Part shown: positions 1 to 14,555 of the stretch, in pieces
Layout: each line of letters opens with the position of its first letter
Position numbering within the stretch: position 1 is the stretch's first letter
Origin: the human T2T-CHM13v2.0 reference genome, Homo sapiens
NCBI RefSeq assembly: GCF_009914755.1
Contig: NC_060932.1
DNA length: 64,000 bases
Direction: 5' to 3' (one strand)
Notes under the pieces: generated by a model
The model's input: only the letters and a program-made list of their open reading frames with translations
Told to the model about the DNA's origin: nothing
Database searches by the model: none
Translations under genes and position numbers: made by a program

Positions 1-106
1 TCATTAAGCATATGAATTTATAAACCTTATATATGGATCTGTATTCAAAGGTTTGATTCATTATGGATTTTTTAAAAGGTGCATACTAATCTTTCTAATG
101 CAATTA

Positions 107-446
107 CTGTAGTCTCCACTTATCTGTGGTTTTACTTTCCATGGTTCCAGTTACCTGTGGTCAAATGTTGTCTGAAAACAGCTGAGTACAATAAGTATAA
201 TAAAATATGGAGAGAAAAAGAGAGAACCACATTCACATGACTTTTATTATAATATATTATAGTCATTCTATTTTATTAGTAATATATTGTTAATCTCTTA
301 CTGTACCTAATTTATAAATTAAAATTTATCATAGGTATGTGTGTGTAGGAAAAACAGAGTACATATAGAGTTCAGTACTATTCTCTTTTTCTGGCATCCA
401 CTGCAGGTCGTGGAATGCATCCCCTGCAGATAAAGGGGGAGTACTG
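107..446 (+). mobile_element. MER44A-like Tigger-family non-autonomous DNA transposon
   Basis: Termini CTGTAGTCTCCACTTATCTGTGG ... CTGCAGATAAAGGGGGAGTACTG are imperfect inverted repeats with TA on both sides (105-106, 447-448). Interior matches recalled MER44A consensus (ACCACATTCACAT, AATTTATAAATTAAA). Confidence 0.9.
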
Positions 447-1049
447 TACATTAGAAAATTGTTTGAGCAAGAAGTAGAGCCTGAACTATAAAAACATATG
501 TAGGATGGAGCCCTTTCTTCCAACTGAACACAAATAATGCTCTGCAATAAAATGAGGTATAAGCCATACAGCAGACAATTATAATGGGATTTAACCTAAT
601 TAGTATTGGAGAACTGAGAGTCTTCATTAAAAGTAGCACTTCATAATCATGTAATCAGGAAGCTTTGGTTCTTAAAGGCTGACAGGAGATCTGATCCTTA
701 AAAAAAGTGTTTCTAAATTTTCCAAGTGTATTCAGCAAATCGCCAAAACGTGCTTGATTAAAACTGTGATGGGGTGTGTATCCAGAACACCATGCATCCT
801 CTACTCCAGTTCTTCCATCTTGATTGCTTTCCCCAAGTCACTCACTGAACTCTCATCACCCCCAAGTTCTGCAAACATTGCTTGTTATTTCAAAAGCTGA
901 ATTAAATGCTATCAGTTGTGAACTTCCTCAGCTTACCTTCTCTTTCTGAAAGCACTCCCTCTGTCTGACTCAGAGAAATCTGCCTCCACCCAAAACCTTC
1001 AACTCCTTCTAGAAATCACATATTTCTTCATCTGTTTTTCTCCCCCAAC

Positions 1050-2170
1050 TGCTAGATCTTTCTTTTCATCATATAAACAAGCCTCAAGCTTCTTTTTTAA
1101 TATTAAGAGAAAAGCAACTTTCCTCCAGCTCTTATCCTGTATCTCTCTTCTATCAGCCAAGTTTCTGGAAAGAGAAATACGTTTTTACTGTTTCCATTTC
1201 CAAGTCTCCCATTTACTACCCAAAGAAAGGGACCCTTGCCATTCCAATGGAGCTGCTCTCTCAGTGGCCACTAATAACCACTTCATGTAAATTCAAGCCA
1301 ACACCTCTCCGCTGTCAGGTTCCTTCTTACTAGAACTTTCTGTAGGATTAGAAACTTTTGACCATACTACCATCAACTCTTTCGAAAACCCACATCTCCA
1401 GAGAGACATTGTTCCTGACTTCCACACCAGTGTTTCAAGCTATGCCTACTCTTCCTCGATGTCGCCTCTGTAATGTCTTAACATGTCAGAGATTAACCTT
1501 GCAATCCCCTCTCCACCCTGCCCCATCTCTGATATTTCTCACCTTGGTGAGGGATGCTGTCCTTCACCCATCGCCTAATCCAGAAACATGAAAAATCTTT
1601 CCATACCCTCCCTACTGTCTATATCCACAATGTCCTGATGTCAGAATAATTTTCCTGAGATGAAAATATGGTCATGCCATTTCTGTATTTGTCACTCTTC
1701 AGTGGCTTCTCACAGCTTTTGAAAGAAAAGCCAAAATATTTAGCAAGATACTCAGAGTCCCTCGTGAATTTGCCCTTGCTAAATTTTCACTTCTCATGTT
1801 AACCTTCTCCCACATGTATTTGTCACTCCATCTGTTCCAAACTTATGTTAGCTTCCAGAGACTTCTGTTCTTTCACATCTCCAGAACAATCCTGCTCCCC
1901 CTAATACCTAATGAAATTCTTGTCTTCAAAACTCAATTTGAGTGCCACCTCTTCTGAAAATGTTTCTGCTAAAAATTTCTCTTCTCTTCAGAGCTCTCAG
2001 CCACCCTACTGCCATCTTAATATCTGTGCATTAGCTCATGCCTCGTTTGAAAGTCTCTTTGACTAGGTTTTAAGTCACTTAAGGGTGAGTACAGTGTCTT
2101 ATCGATGCTTTAATCATCAAGTCTATCACAATGTCTGATTCAAGTTAGGCACTGGATAATACATATATTA
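1050..2170 (+). mobile_element. L2 LINE relic (3' portion), boundaries approximate
   Basis: Degenerate L2 ORF2/3'UTR-like text (CTCTCTCAGTGGCCACTAATAACC; TCATGCCATTTCTG...CTTCAGTGGCTTCTCAC; 3' end ACAATGTCTG...TAGGCACT). Confidence 0.6.
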
Positions 2171-2685
2171 AAATTATAACACTATGTGCATAGCCCAGTG
2201 AACACTGAAATGACATGCACCAGTGCCCCTTGTGGTACATTCAGAAACACTGCAAGTGGGTCACACCCAAGTGAACCCTGATGCTTCCCTTCATGTGGTG
2301 GCCTCTCAGTGGCTATCTCCATTTCTCAGATATGACCCTCTTTCTTACAGGAAGGTGATCCCATAAATAAGAGCAACCACTTATATTGATTTAGTAGATT
2401 CCCACATCTATCTCCATATTTCTAACATAACATTTATATATTTTTAATATAATCTGCTAATATGAAATTTTTGTGTCTTCAAAAATTGAAGTGCTTATTA
2501 ACCCTTTAGAGAACACAACTGAGAAATGCTGGACTAGAGTATAAAATGAAAATATCAAGATACCTTTTACATATATTATTATAAACCTTGTATAATTTTC
2601 TTCCTTCAAATCTGAGCAGAAAACAAAGTTTCTCTGGGTTTGAAGTAGAAAAGTTATTTGAATAGTAATCTTTTAAGATAGTTGA

Positions 2686-2975
<290 letters not shown>

Positions 2976-3244
2976 AAAAATGTCTTTAATTAAGAATTAA
3001 GTTTAAGTGTTCCTGAAGGATCATGCTTCTCACAGAGAGAGTACATTCACATGCTGATTTTTAGTAAATTTAATAAAAATATGCCCCTAAAATATTGTTT
3101 TCTGCCTAGGGGAAATGCCCCATCTCTATTTTATGCTGCAATGCTTGCCCTGGGAATGGAGGCAGAGTGGCACTTGGCTGCAGAGGCACAGCAGGGTGGA
3201 TCAATGGTTCCTTGTTTTGGGTGTGTAGAGGCCGTGAAGTATGG

Positions 3245-3410
3245 GATTAGAGCAGGGCCTTGGGAGCCTAATACTCCTAACTACAAATCCTTATGCTGCC
3301 ACCTACTAGCTACGTGATTGAGAGTTACTGAATCTCTTTTAAGCCTCAGTTTCTACATCTGTAAAATGAGGAAAAATTAATTCGCACCTCGCAGGACTGT
3401 TATGAACATT
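3245..3410 (+). mobile_element. MIR SINE
   Basis: MIR core AAGCCTCAGTTTCTACATCTGTAAAATGAGG. Confidence 0.8.
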
Positions 3411-4245
3411 ATCATTTTAGAATATTTTGAAAATGGGAAAATAAAACTAGTTTTGAAGATTCACCCTCACCTTATTTTCCATATGACTATGTCTTTTGCG
3501 TTGTTATTGATAACCCTGTCTGTCACTAACATAGGGTCCTGAATGCTTACTATCTCAGTAATCTGTTCTTGGACGGGGGATTTGTATATACATTTATGGT
3601 TCTGACTTACTTGTCAAGTCACATGTTTCTGCATTGGGCAGTAAAATACAATAGTAACAATAATAGTATTCACCATGCCAGGCCCCTGCATATGTTATTT
3701 CTCATCTGCATGACAGCCCCCACAGGGCAGGCATCAGTGGCTGCAGGAGAGAGGGGCACCACAGATAACAGAGAGAAATAGTGAGCTGGAGGGCAGTCTA
3801 TGAAATGCCTGGTGAAGTCGTGCCCACAACCTTTTGGGAACAAAGCTGCCAAAAGTCCAGCTCATCTTTGAGCACAGATGCCACGCTGTCTGTCATGGAC
3901 CCCTCCAACTTCAGCCACCTTATTGAAGGCCAACGTGTCTCACACTGGCAGAACCCCACCTGTTAGAAACCCCTGAGGCCTTTGCTTAGCTTTTGGAGGG
4001 GGAAAGAATATGAAGAAGGCAGCCATTCCTACAAGAGGTGCCTGTCATTTCTGGTAACCTCCCCACTTCTCTGTCCCTTCGCATCTAAGAGAGTACAGCT
4101 GATGCGGGCAATAAGGGTAGGAGGGTTCAGTATTAACTTGTAGATTTTGGACTATCCTTCCTCTCTCTAAAACACAAACAAAAAATAGGGTGAATGTAGG
4201 CATGTATGCTCAATTTAACTGAAACCAAGGAATAAGAAATGCAAT

Positions 4246-4748
4246 TGAAACCAGCCCAATTGTCTCATAGAACATATATTTATGGTTTCTGTTGAATAAA
4301 CATAGAAATTGACCCTCCCCATCTTAAAACTTGAGAAACTTACAAATGTCTTATCTGAGGTTTTTTTTTTCCTCAGGAAACCAACAATCAGGCCTCCCAC
4401 ATAGATCAAGGAATTGAAACTTACCAGATCACTTCATCTGGACAATGAGATACTAGACACCTTACCCATCATGAGTGCCTAAGCGACCACCTGCTATTGG
4501 GTTACCAGCTCCTCTTCCATATCCCTCCCTAATTCCTGTTTTCCCACACATGATTACATTTCTTTCCAGCTATACAAACTCTTAATTTTAGTACATTAGG
4601 GAGATGGATTTGAGACTGACCTCCCTTCTCCACAGCTGCAACAACCAATTAAAGGCTTCTTCCCTGGCAATACTTGTTCGTCTCAGTGATTGGCTTTCTG
4701 TGCAGCAAGCAACAGGACCTAGACCAAACCCCTGGCATTGTGATAACA
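4246..4748 (+). mobile_element. ERV1 solo LTR (MER39/MER34 group)
   Basis: TG...CA termini. Recalled MER39-like blocks GAATAAACATAGAAATTGACCCTCCC, GGAGATGGATTTGAGACTGA and CAGGACCTAGACCAAACCCCTGG. Flanks CAAT/TAAT. Confidence 0.8.
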
Positions 4749-5039
4749 TAATTACATAGACAACTGTTATTCTCAGAAAGTTTTGTCCACAAAGAGTAGT
4801 AGCTGCACTTCTCAGAGATGGGAAGAGGTGGGCCCTGGTGGGGCTCTGCAGGGACAGCTAGGAGAGGAGAGACAGAGATGGAAAGGAGCAAAGTCATGCT
4901 TGCATGGACTTGTGGTGAAAATTCTCCAAAATTGCCTTTAAACAAAGAAGAGAAAGAGGAGGGTGAGTGAATGGAGTTACTTGTATGGGATAAACCAAAC
5001 AAGAATGGACTTTATAACTGGCCTTGGAACAGCATGGTG

Positions 5040-5170
5040 AACATGGAGAGAGAAGAGAAAAGAGGAAGAGAAGCAGGGAAAGTAGAAAGAAGGAGGAGAA
5101 AAAAGACAGAAAGAAAACTTAGGATGCTGTTTTACATAGGAGGCTAAGCTCAGAGAAGGAAAAGATAAAA
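5040..5170. repeat. GA-rich low-complexity tract
   Basis: Almost purely purine on the + strand (GAGAGAGAAGAGAAAAGAGGAAGAGAAG...). Confidence 0.6.
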
Positions 5171-5693
5171 GCTCAACATTCATAACAAGACAAGAGAGAA
5201 CCTGGGGATTCTAATTTACCTGGGGGGTCGGGGGCATGGGTCAACCATGAGAAAGTGGGCATGAGGGAGGAAACAAACATCACCTCTGCAGAGACCTTAG
5301 GCACTGGAGGGACTGTGACAGGGTATGGACTGCATCCGAAGAATAAAAAATAAATCAAAGATCAAATAAACCAGGCAAACACAGGAAACACCTGAAAAAT
5401 ATTTTAAATGCTCTAAATACATGCCTTGCTACATGAGATAGTGTCTAGTTGTGAGCTCTCTCAATCATTATTTTACTCTGAGCTTTCCATAAATTGTAGT
5501 ATGAAACATATATACATATGAAGAGATTCTGATGATAAAAGGCCTGATTTGTGAAAGTTTGAGGTAACAATTGCAAAGTCAAATCCTGTGCTTCTTAAAG
5601 GAGGGTCCTCCCTTCCACCAGCTGGTGACCTCGGGAACTTCCTTCTGCACAGCATGCCTGAATGGATTTATTGTTGGGAACTGCTTAGGAAAG

Positions 5694-6029
5694 TGCTATG
5701 GTCAGGAGATTTTTTTCCACCCCAAAATTAGTATGTTGACAGCCTAACCCCAAGGTGATGGTATTAAGAGGTGGGACCTTTGGAAGGTGATCAGGATTAG
5801 TGTCCTTATAAAAGAGACTGTGAGAGGGCTCCCTTGCCCCTCCTGTCATGTGAAGATAGAGTGAGAAGGTGCTGTCTATGAACCAGGGAGCAGCCCTCAC
5901 AAGACACCAAATCTGCATGAACCTTCATCTTGGACTTTCCAACCTCCAGATATGTGAGAAATAAATTTTGTTGTTTATAAGCCACCAGACCATGGTATTT
6001 TGTTATAGCAGCCTAAATGGACTACGACA
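5694..6029 (+). mobile_element. MLT1A0-like MaLR solo LTR
   Basis: Begins TGCTATGG and ends GGACTACGACA. Perfect 5-bp TSD GAAAG (5689-5693, 6030-6034). Has CTTGGACTTTCCAACCTCCAGA and AATAAA. Confidence 0.9.
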
Positions 6030-9000
6030 GAAAGTTTTATCATATTCCCATATTGTTGTCTCTTAATGATACTAATCAGTGACAGAATTTTAGCAGAAGC
6101 CTTACTATAATTTGGAAAAATCCAAGACAAAATATCTGAGTGGTGACTTTGCCCTGTCTACACAGAATAGACCACTGCCCAAGCAGTCTGCATATACAAG
6201 TTCAGTCTGCACCAAGTTCAGAATGGAGCCGTGTGATAAGAAACTCAAATCAAAGTGATGGTAGCTGAAGATGATTCCAGCTGGCAATGAGAAAATATAC
6301 AACTGATTTTATTCCTTCTTACAGTTTCAAAAATAGATTGAAGTTGAGAATTGTACTTTGAGAAGGCCAAGTTTCCAGCTCTTAATAACTAACTTATTTA
6401 CTGTACTCATTTCACAGTCTGTGATGCAGCAATCCACAAAATATTCTATATCAGTCTCATGATGAACTATTAAATGAAGGGACATACTCATTTTTTGAGT
6501 TTCCAAAAATTATAGAAATAAGGTAGCCTGTGAAGACTTACATACACACATGCACACACATACACACATATATATACCCTTAAGCACACATGCTATCAAT
6601 AGCTCTCATCAGAATTTTCCTAGTATAAGTTATTAACAATGGTGTAAAATGGACAATAATGTTTCTCCTTGTACTTTCAAAAGATGAAATTTACAGTAGT
6701 AAAGAGCATATTTTAAAATACAAATCTCTGAACAATGTTGAGGTTGAAAATTCATGCCCATGGCAATGCCAAGGCAAAATAAAAGGTCTCGTAGAGAATA
6801 ATCTTGTGTTTGTGTATTGTAAGTACCTCTAGGGGAGCATTTTAGTGGGCATACTTTCATTGATGAAACTTCTTTTTCTAGTCAGGAATTTCCTCACACA
6901 TAGAGAACTGAATTAATTTTATACTGATATTGTAAACAACAAAAAATCATGTCACTGGTATACAGTTTGCTACAAAACTTAGAAATCCCAATTAATCTTA
7001 TGTTCATACTGTATAATAATAGTAATTAGTGATGTTAAATTGATATTTGAAAATGCCTAATAGTTACCTAAACTCATTTTATTGTGATTAACTCTATACT
7101 CTCTCACTTATAATTGCTTGAAAGTTGAATTTTTGCTTCCTTGTAGTAAATGAGCTTTCTTATTTTACGTGAAAATTTTTTTTCCATTTCACATGTATAA
7201 CTACAGCTATCAGTTTTTTCTGAAAAGTGGGAATCCATTATTTTTTTGGAAAGGTATGGTTTCAAGTTTATGACTCTGTTGACAAAACAATTTTTAAATA
7301 ACAAAATCTAACAGCAGACATAACTAGGTATGAAACAAACATTTGCCTCTAATGGATAAAGTTCAGTGTCTCTCCCAAAGACTTTTCATCCTTTCCATTT
7401 CCTGGCATCTTTGAAGAACATCCCTGAGGCTGCTCTGAGTTCCTAGTGACACCCCTTAATGCATGGATCAAGCAAGCCGTGGAGGAAACACAGCACCTGG
7501 GCAGTAGGATGCCCATGCAAATAAATGAGCTTCCTATCTCTGCAAACCTTGCTGGACCAGGTGGTTTTGCTCTTTTCTGGCCCCGCAAGTAAACTGCAGT
7601 AAGGAGACACTAATCAGTTTACTGCTGAGAAATTGGAAGCTCTTTCAGCCTGAAGTGTCTTACACAGAAAAAAATAATAAAGCCAAGCAATAATGCTCCC
7701 AGGGAATGTTCTCTTTATCTGTATTTAGTGTTCCATCACTAGGAATCCTTAGTCCTTTGTTGCTACTATTAGACGAGCCTAAATGGACTTCCAGGCTTAC
7801 TTCATTTGACTCAAGGGGGTACTAGAATTCCTGGGCATTTGTCATTAATTCATTTGGGAGATTCAAATTGCACAGCGATGGTTCAAATAGTACAGCAGAA
7901 AGAAGCCTCCCAGGGCTTGGCTGGATGCCTCCGGTGTCTGGGGCCTGGGAGTGGGGTCCTTCTGTCCCACACATGAGAGTGAGGCCAACGAGGGGAGATG
8001 AGGAATAAGAACACACAGGAACATGTAAGGTCAGGTTCCACAAGGTGAGATATGCAACCTATTTTATGTTGACCCCTCTGCCTATAACACATTATAAACA
8101 CCATTCTGGGAAGGCAGAGAAATGTACTTATGGCAGTTCTTCATTCATTCCTAAAGGACTCGCCAGTTGATTCACTATCTCTGGGGGCTTTAATATTCTA
8201 AAGCTGTGGAACAGCTCACAGTGTATGAATAACATTTTCTGCCTTGTGGAAATATGTAAAATCTTGGAAATGTGACTTCCTCCAACTATGAGTGTTCCTA
8301 GTATGTTTGACTCCTGTTTAAAGACCTTGCAAAGAAAGTGAATGATTGGCTCATGCTAATAAGGTTTGCAAGCTCCTCAGGGAAACAAAAAATTAAGCAG
8401 TGATGGTAGGAGGAGGACTGATTTTGGATAAAAACCCATCTCCACTGTTTTTCTCACACTTGTCATTTTGAAAAAAACACTTTCTCCATTTTTCTTATTA
8501 ATCCTCAACCTCATGGCAGGGTTTCCTAATCTGAGAAGTACATTCTACATATGTAGAACATACAGGGACTAGTGTTGCAGAGCAGTACTTTCAAATGAGA
8601 GTCACAGAGAGGCAAACAAAGCTAGAGACAGGATATGGTATGTATCATCAACACTTGACTTACACCCACCATTCAAAATCTTCTGTATTATCTTGGCAAC
8701 TTGTGATTGAAACGTCTACATGCCCTTGGAGGAGTAGATTTAATGAGAAGAATAACTATTGTGTGGGTGCAGAACTAGAGTGTATCTTCGTCTCCTTTAC
8801 CCCAAATGCCAAAAATGGCATCACTTATTAGTATTGCTGATGCTGTTTCTTTTTTTCAACACTACCCCAATTTAATACTTACAAAAAAAGCCAGCCCATT
8901 CCTACTGCTATTGATTTAACCCTGACCCCACAACCATATATATTCCTTCCCTAAACCCCAGTATAGCTTTTGTGTACCTCAGTCACCAGTATTCTGTAAG

Positions 9001-9269
9001 TGCAGCGGTAGATAGGTCTTGTAATCCCAAATGTTCACAAAAGAGACTAGGGGCTTGACAATCTCTGTGCTCCTCCCAAAGGCAATTCTGGCCTCATTGT
9101 TTGTTTTCTTAATGTAGTGTTCTAAACTAATTCAGACTCTTTTACACCTAGGCTTTTCTAGAAAATTGCCCTGAAGAAATTTGTAACTTTCTCTGCAAGT
9201 GTACTATCTCATCACTCTTCTTACATCTCAAAATTAGAAAAAAAGAACTCAAAACCTCACACTATGCCC

Positions 9270-10100
9270 TTTGATTTAAAGTCAGGGAACTGAGTGAGAT
9301 CACTGTAGGCTGAGGCAGACAGACACAGGAAAGCAGACAGAGAATAGAAGGGGACCAATGTTTGAGCCCTGGGAACTCCAAAATATGGAAATTGCTTTGG
9401 GAAGAAGCTTCCAGTGAGATATAAGGAAAACCAAGAGAGTGTTGATGTGGAGGCCAAGAGAAGAAAGTAATTCCAGAAGAGAGGTGGCCAACCATGTCAA
9501 ATGCTACTAGAAGTTCCAATGAGATAAGGTTAGAAAATAGACCACCAGATTTGACAAAATGAAACCCATGTGGCTAGAGAGACAGAAAAGGAATGAAACT
9601 CACAGGGTTTGGAAGGAATCCCTCTCAACAAAGAGAGATGAGGACAAAATGAAAAAGGAGTAACTTGCTTGGAAGAGTTGTACAGAAAAGAGCTGAAAAG
9701 TGAGGCAGTGCCCAGAAGACATAGTTTACACGGAGTTTTTGGTTTCTTATTTGTATTATGTACAGACAATATTAAAGCATAATTGCAAGTCGAGGTTGTT
9801 GTTGAGAAAAAGAAATTGACCTTGCAAAAGAGAGGGGAAATCATAAAATCAAGATTTTTGAGTGGATTAGAAGTGATAAAAATAGACAAGTTGGTCATCA
9901 GCAGGAACAAGCAAAAAGAGAAAAGGGGGAGGATGTGGGTGCAGAGAGTATAAATTTGAGTTAGTTTAGTGATGAGAAGTGAAGTGGTTTTTTTCTGATT
10001 ACTTCCCTTTTTATTAATAAGGAATGAGGGGGGCCATAACTGATGAGGAAAAGAGCTTTTGGACACTGAGGAGAGAAATATAAGTCAATAATCATCTTGG
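9270..10100 (-). mobile_element. L2 LINE relic
   Basis: Antisense L2 hallmarks GAGCCCTGGGAACTCC, GGAAAACCAAGAGAGTG and GTCAAATGCTACTAG. Confidence 0.7.
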
Positions 10101-10361
10101 AGAATGGGAACACAAATGTACCAGGAAATTATAGTAGGACTTCTAAGCTTTACCAAATGTCCATTCAAACTTTGTAGTCATAAATTTAGCCCTTATCTCT
10201 AATTTGACGTTTAGCACTGCATCACATTATTACTAACCATTTTGTATGTGAAAATCATATTTTTCCCAATCATTTACAAGTTTCTCAAAGGTGGAATCCC
10301 AAGGTTGTACTAATTGGTATCTTCTCCAGGGCATACTTCCGTGACCTGGCAAGTAGGTGCC

Positions 10362-10719
10362 TGATATGGTTTGGCTTTGTATCCCCACCCAAATCTCATC
10401 TTGAATTGTAATCCCCACATGTCAAGGAAGAGACCTAGTGGGAGGTGATAGGATCACGGGGGCGGTTTCCCCCATGCTCTTCTCATGATAGTGAGTTCTC
10501 ATGAGATCTGATGGTTTTATAAGGGGCTCTTCCCCCTTTGCTTTGCCCTCTCTCTCACCTGCCGCCATGTAAGACGTGTGTCTTCCCCTTCTGCCATGAT
10601 TGTAAGTTTCCTGAGGCCTCCCCAGGCATGAGGAACTCTGAGTCAATTAAACCTCTTTTCTTATAAATTGCCTAGTTTTGGGTAGTATCTCTATAACAGT
10701 GTGAGAATGAACTAATACA
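10362..10719 (+). mobile_element. THE1C/D-like MaLR solo LTR
   Basis: TGATATGGTTTGGCT...CCCCACCCAAATCTCATCTTGAATTGTAAT...GAACTAATACA. Confidence 0.92.
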
Positions 10720-11218
10720 GTATCTCATAAAGATTTGTGAACTTTCAGATTGAAGACTGAATTTACCATTGTGAATTAAATGCCTGAGGAGATGTTTCTA
10801 GCCCTTCTTTCCTCTGCCCTGACCCATATTAAAAGAGGTATTCATAGAAATCATTGCTCTTTTTCCTCTGCGCGCACCCAGCCTGGCAAACACGTCTGGC
10901 TTAGCCCTCATATCACTAAAGGTATCCGTGGGATTCCTCTGAGCACCCCAGAGGTGGGTCTAAATTCTCCATCTACTCAAATATGTCCTCTACTCATCGA
11001 ATCTGGTCTAGGACCTGAAGAAGCACTGGTGTGAGGTGGCTGTTTCTAGTTTCTTAAATCGAAGCTGAAAACTAGGGCCAGTTCTATTCAGTCATGTTTT
11101 TGTGTCCACATTCTTTAACCCCAGTAATGTCTAACCCTCAGCATTATGGTAGTAAAAGTCAGACACTGTGCCTGAGAAATAGAAAAGCCTCATTTATTTA
11201 TTTTTTTTTTTTAGTCCC

Positions 11219-11392
11219 TTGCTTCTCAAAGTTGGTCCTAACACCAGCAGCACAAGTACTATCTTAGAGCTTATTAGAAATGCATCTTGGTTCTTGGGTT
11301 CATGGATTCACTCCAGACCCACTGAATCAGAATCTACACTTTAACAAGATGCTCAGATGATCCTTACACCACCAAAATTTGATAAGCACTCT
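11219..11392. mobile_element. MER5A/B hAT-Charlie MITE
   Basis: CTTCTCAAAGT...TTAGAAATGCA...CAGACCCACTGAATCAGAATCT...TTTAACAAG...TTTGATAAGCACT. Confidence 0.8.
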
Positions 11393-13973
11393 TCTAGATG
11401 ATAAAAGAAGCTCCCAAATACAGTTATGTAATTGTGCTAACAGAAAGCTTTGAAAAATAAATGAAAATTTTAATAATTGCTTTGATTTTTGTTCATAAAT
11501 AAAGACACACTCTATTGCTGTGTGTCTTGCTGGACCTAAGGAACAGAAGGATTTTTTGATAGCTGTCAGGAAAGCTGAACTCTGTTTAATGTAGGCTGAC
11601 TCTTCCATGTAATTGCAGCTAAAAAGTTAGCTATGAAATACCTTATCACAATAACAGAAATGCTCTCAGTAATCCATAAATTCTTTGTAGCACATTTGCT
11701 TTTTGTAGGTTTTTGATAAGTGGTTGGGAGGACAACCAGCAGTCAGAAAAACATCTGTATTCTTTAAGAGCCTGACTCTAGACAGACTCAAAATTCCTGG
11801 ACACAGAGAAATGTTTCCTGGGCATTCAGATGCTACTTAGCAAGTTAAATAGCTCATTGATTGATAAAGTGAGAGGCAAGATTAGGAAGGGGTTAGTTAT
11901 CTGAGTAACCTATTCTTGAATATGGAAATCACATAATTATTTTCAAGAGAATGTGTGTGAGAACGAATAAATGAAAAAGTTAGATATAGCTTTTTTTCTG
12001 TGCTACAAATCTTATATGTTTATTGAAAGTCTTTTCTCTAAGACTATGATGCATTTGGCTAAGATTAATTTCAGAAATTTTACCTGTATTTTTAATCTCA
12101 TTTAGAAATGAATAGTAGCCATAAAAGAGGCCCTTATTGACTGCCCAGAGTGGTGGGTCACAAGGTAACATGTTCTGAGAATGCTGGGATGCAACCTGCC
12201 AAGAGATATATGGATGAAACAAATCAGACCATGCAACCGCACTGCACTCCTGGGAAAAATGCTTTTTAAAAAAATAAAGATAATACATGTTTTTTATTTA
12301 AAGTTTAGAAGTTGAGAAAATAACGATGACAAAAACAATGCTCCTACACCCATCTGTTCTGAGCTTACCACTTGAAACCCATTATTGAAATAGAAACCAG
12401 TTTGTCACTGGTAAGCTTGAGGTTCCTACATGTCACCATGTAGCATGACATAGCAGAACTGTCATCGAAACCTCAGTCAGAATTTTGTATTTCTCAACAA
12501 AACGTATACCCATAGGATACTAATGGGCACAGTCCATTACAAAGACATAATATCATTTTCTATATTTATTATCATAACACATTCTCACACCTATAGAGTA
12601 GTTTGTATTTAATATTGTCTTTTAGGCTTCTGATTTTGACATTGGATAATGTTGGTGCTGACCTCTGACTGCCAGGTTCTCAAAGGACAGCCTCATTTTT
12701 ATAATTTATTCCCCCTTTCTTGGTCTCTTGGTACAATGCTAAACAATATAATGCACAAAGCAAACAAAGCAAATAACTGAATATACACCTTTTTGCTCTA
12801 TCTGGTAAGGCAAATATACCCACTTAATTCACACCTTAATAATTTATTTTAAAAAATGTTAATCTCTTTTCTTTAGGAGCTTTTCCCTTGGCTCCTTTTC
12901 CTGCAGACAAAGTAGGTAGTTTACTTTGTCCAAAGTCGTGTTAAGTACAAATGAAATAATGATGAGCTTTATGTAGGCAGATTCCTCCCTCCTTTTTATA
13001 TATTACCATTTTTCTCAATTAGTTTATATGCTAACATATTGTAAACAGAAAGACTTGTTAGTAAATACAAAAAGAGGCATGCATTTTCTATAATAAGATT
13101 GAATAAAATAAAAAATTTATTGGAACTATCTGAAATTTATATATTATTAAGCACAAAAGGGACACCTTCAGGTTTTTGTTCAGATCATAATTTTGGAGCA
13201 TTTTTTGGTTCTAGAAATAAATGGAAATGACCAATGAATGTTAGTGCTAAAAGAATCCTTTGATAGCATCTTTTTTTGGCCTTTCTTTAAGATAACTTGG
13301 CACCAGAATAATAAAATAATGTAACCACATTTATTCAATTAGAGTATAGTGGTTTAAATGCACAGTTGTATTTTTTTCACCTCCAGTATAGTAACATTAT
13401 TCTACAAGTTAGATATGACTTTACAAATTTAATGTGCTAAGAATAAAAATAATGCACAATCAGCTAGGAAGTTAACACACTAAAACATAACTTAAAGAGG
13501 TGAAGAGTAACTTGTCCAGGAGTGATTTTCTGCAGGCTGGCCTCCCAAAGGAGGAGTTGGCAACATATAAGTCTCCAAGAAAATTGGCTAAAGCTGAATG
13601 TCCAAGGCAGTTAATCCTAGTTGAATACCGATGTGGAGAATTGGGCCCAAAACCCACTATATCATAGGAGCTGCAAGAGTCAAGCTTTGATCCTGCCCTC
13701 TGATCATGCTGGGAACAGAGCTGTTGGTTCCCTGATTGTGCAGCTTAATCCAAGGCCTGGATCCCCTCTCCACATTCCCTATATCTGAAGGAACTGTGGA
13801 TTCCCTGTCTCAGAACATAGGGGGCAATAGGGACCTGCACAACTGTTCCTCAAATAAACCCTGCTTCAGAAGGTCCATTGTGTGTGCTTTTGTTGCACAA
13901 CATCCACTTGTGGAATTTTCCTATCCACATTCCGAACGTTACTAAGCATGCCTTTCTATCTCTTAAGAGCTTT

Positions 13974-14047
13974 TCTTGTTCTTATATATAAGTAGTTGGA
14001 TCTCTTGTTGTTTTTTATATATAAGTTGTTGGATCTCTTGATGTTTT
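13974..14047. repeat. ~30-33 bp tandem duplication
   Basis: TCTTGTT..TTATATATAAGT(A/T)GTTGGATC twice, plus a partial third unit. Confidence 0.85.
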
Positions 14048-14089
14048 AATAAAGTAATTGTTGTGATGCAAAATTTCTTTCACTGAAAT

Positions 14090-14555
14090 GCCAGATATCT
14101 TCCACTTGATTTTCACCCTTCTCTTTCCCCTAAATGCTCAGACTACATTTTCATGGATTCTATTAAAGGACACCCATGCTCTCTGGGTTCCAGTTAGTTT
14201 TGGTGAATAAGAAGACCCAGTAATGGATGGAAAAGAAAGAGGAAGATGAAGCCAGGGATTTTATTCTCCCAGCTTACTCTTTATGAAACCACTTCAGGCT
14301 GCTGGGGTCCCTTGACTTCATGCCATTGCTCCATGTGGTTCTTTCTGGCTAAACTCTCACTCTCTTAGTCCCTTCAGCTTTAGGAGGGGTGACATCCTCA
14401 CTGCTCCTGCTGCTACTAGGCTCCTGCACCATTCTTTGTAGTTCCCGTAGGTCTTTTTATTGTCTTTATGATTATTCTCTTTGCAAACAAAGGTCTCCTC
14501 AAAATATCCTGACTTCAGTGTACCATCTTTTCTTTTTGGGACCCTGATAGATACA
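14090..14555 (+). mobile_element. LTR33-like ERVL LTR
   Basis: CTCTCTGGGTTCCAGTTAG, CCCTTCAGCTTTAGG, and 3' end GTGTACCATCT...GGGACCCTGATAGATACA. Confidence 0.7.

Noticed and set aside
9530-10066. 178-aa minus-strand ORF
   Set aside because: It lies in a degenerate L2 relic and has no intact RT/EN motifs.
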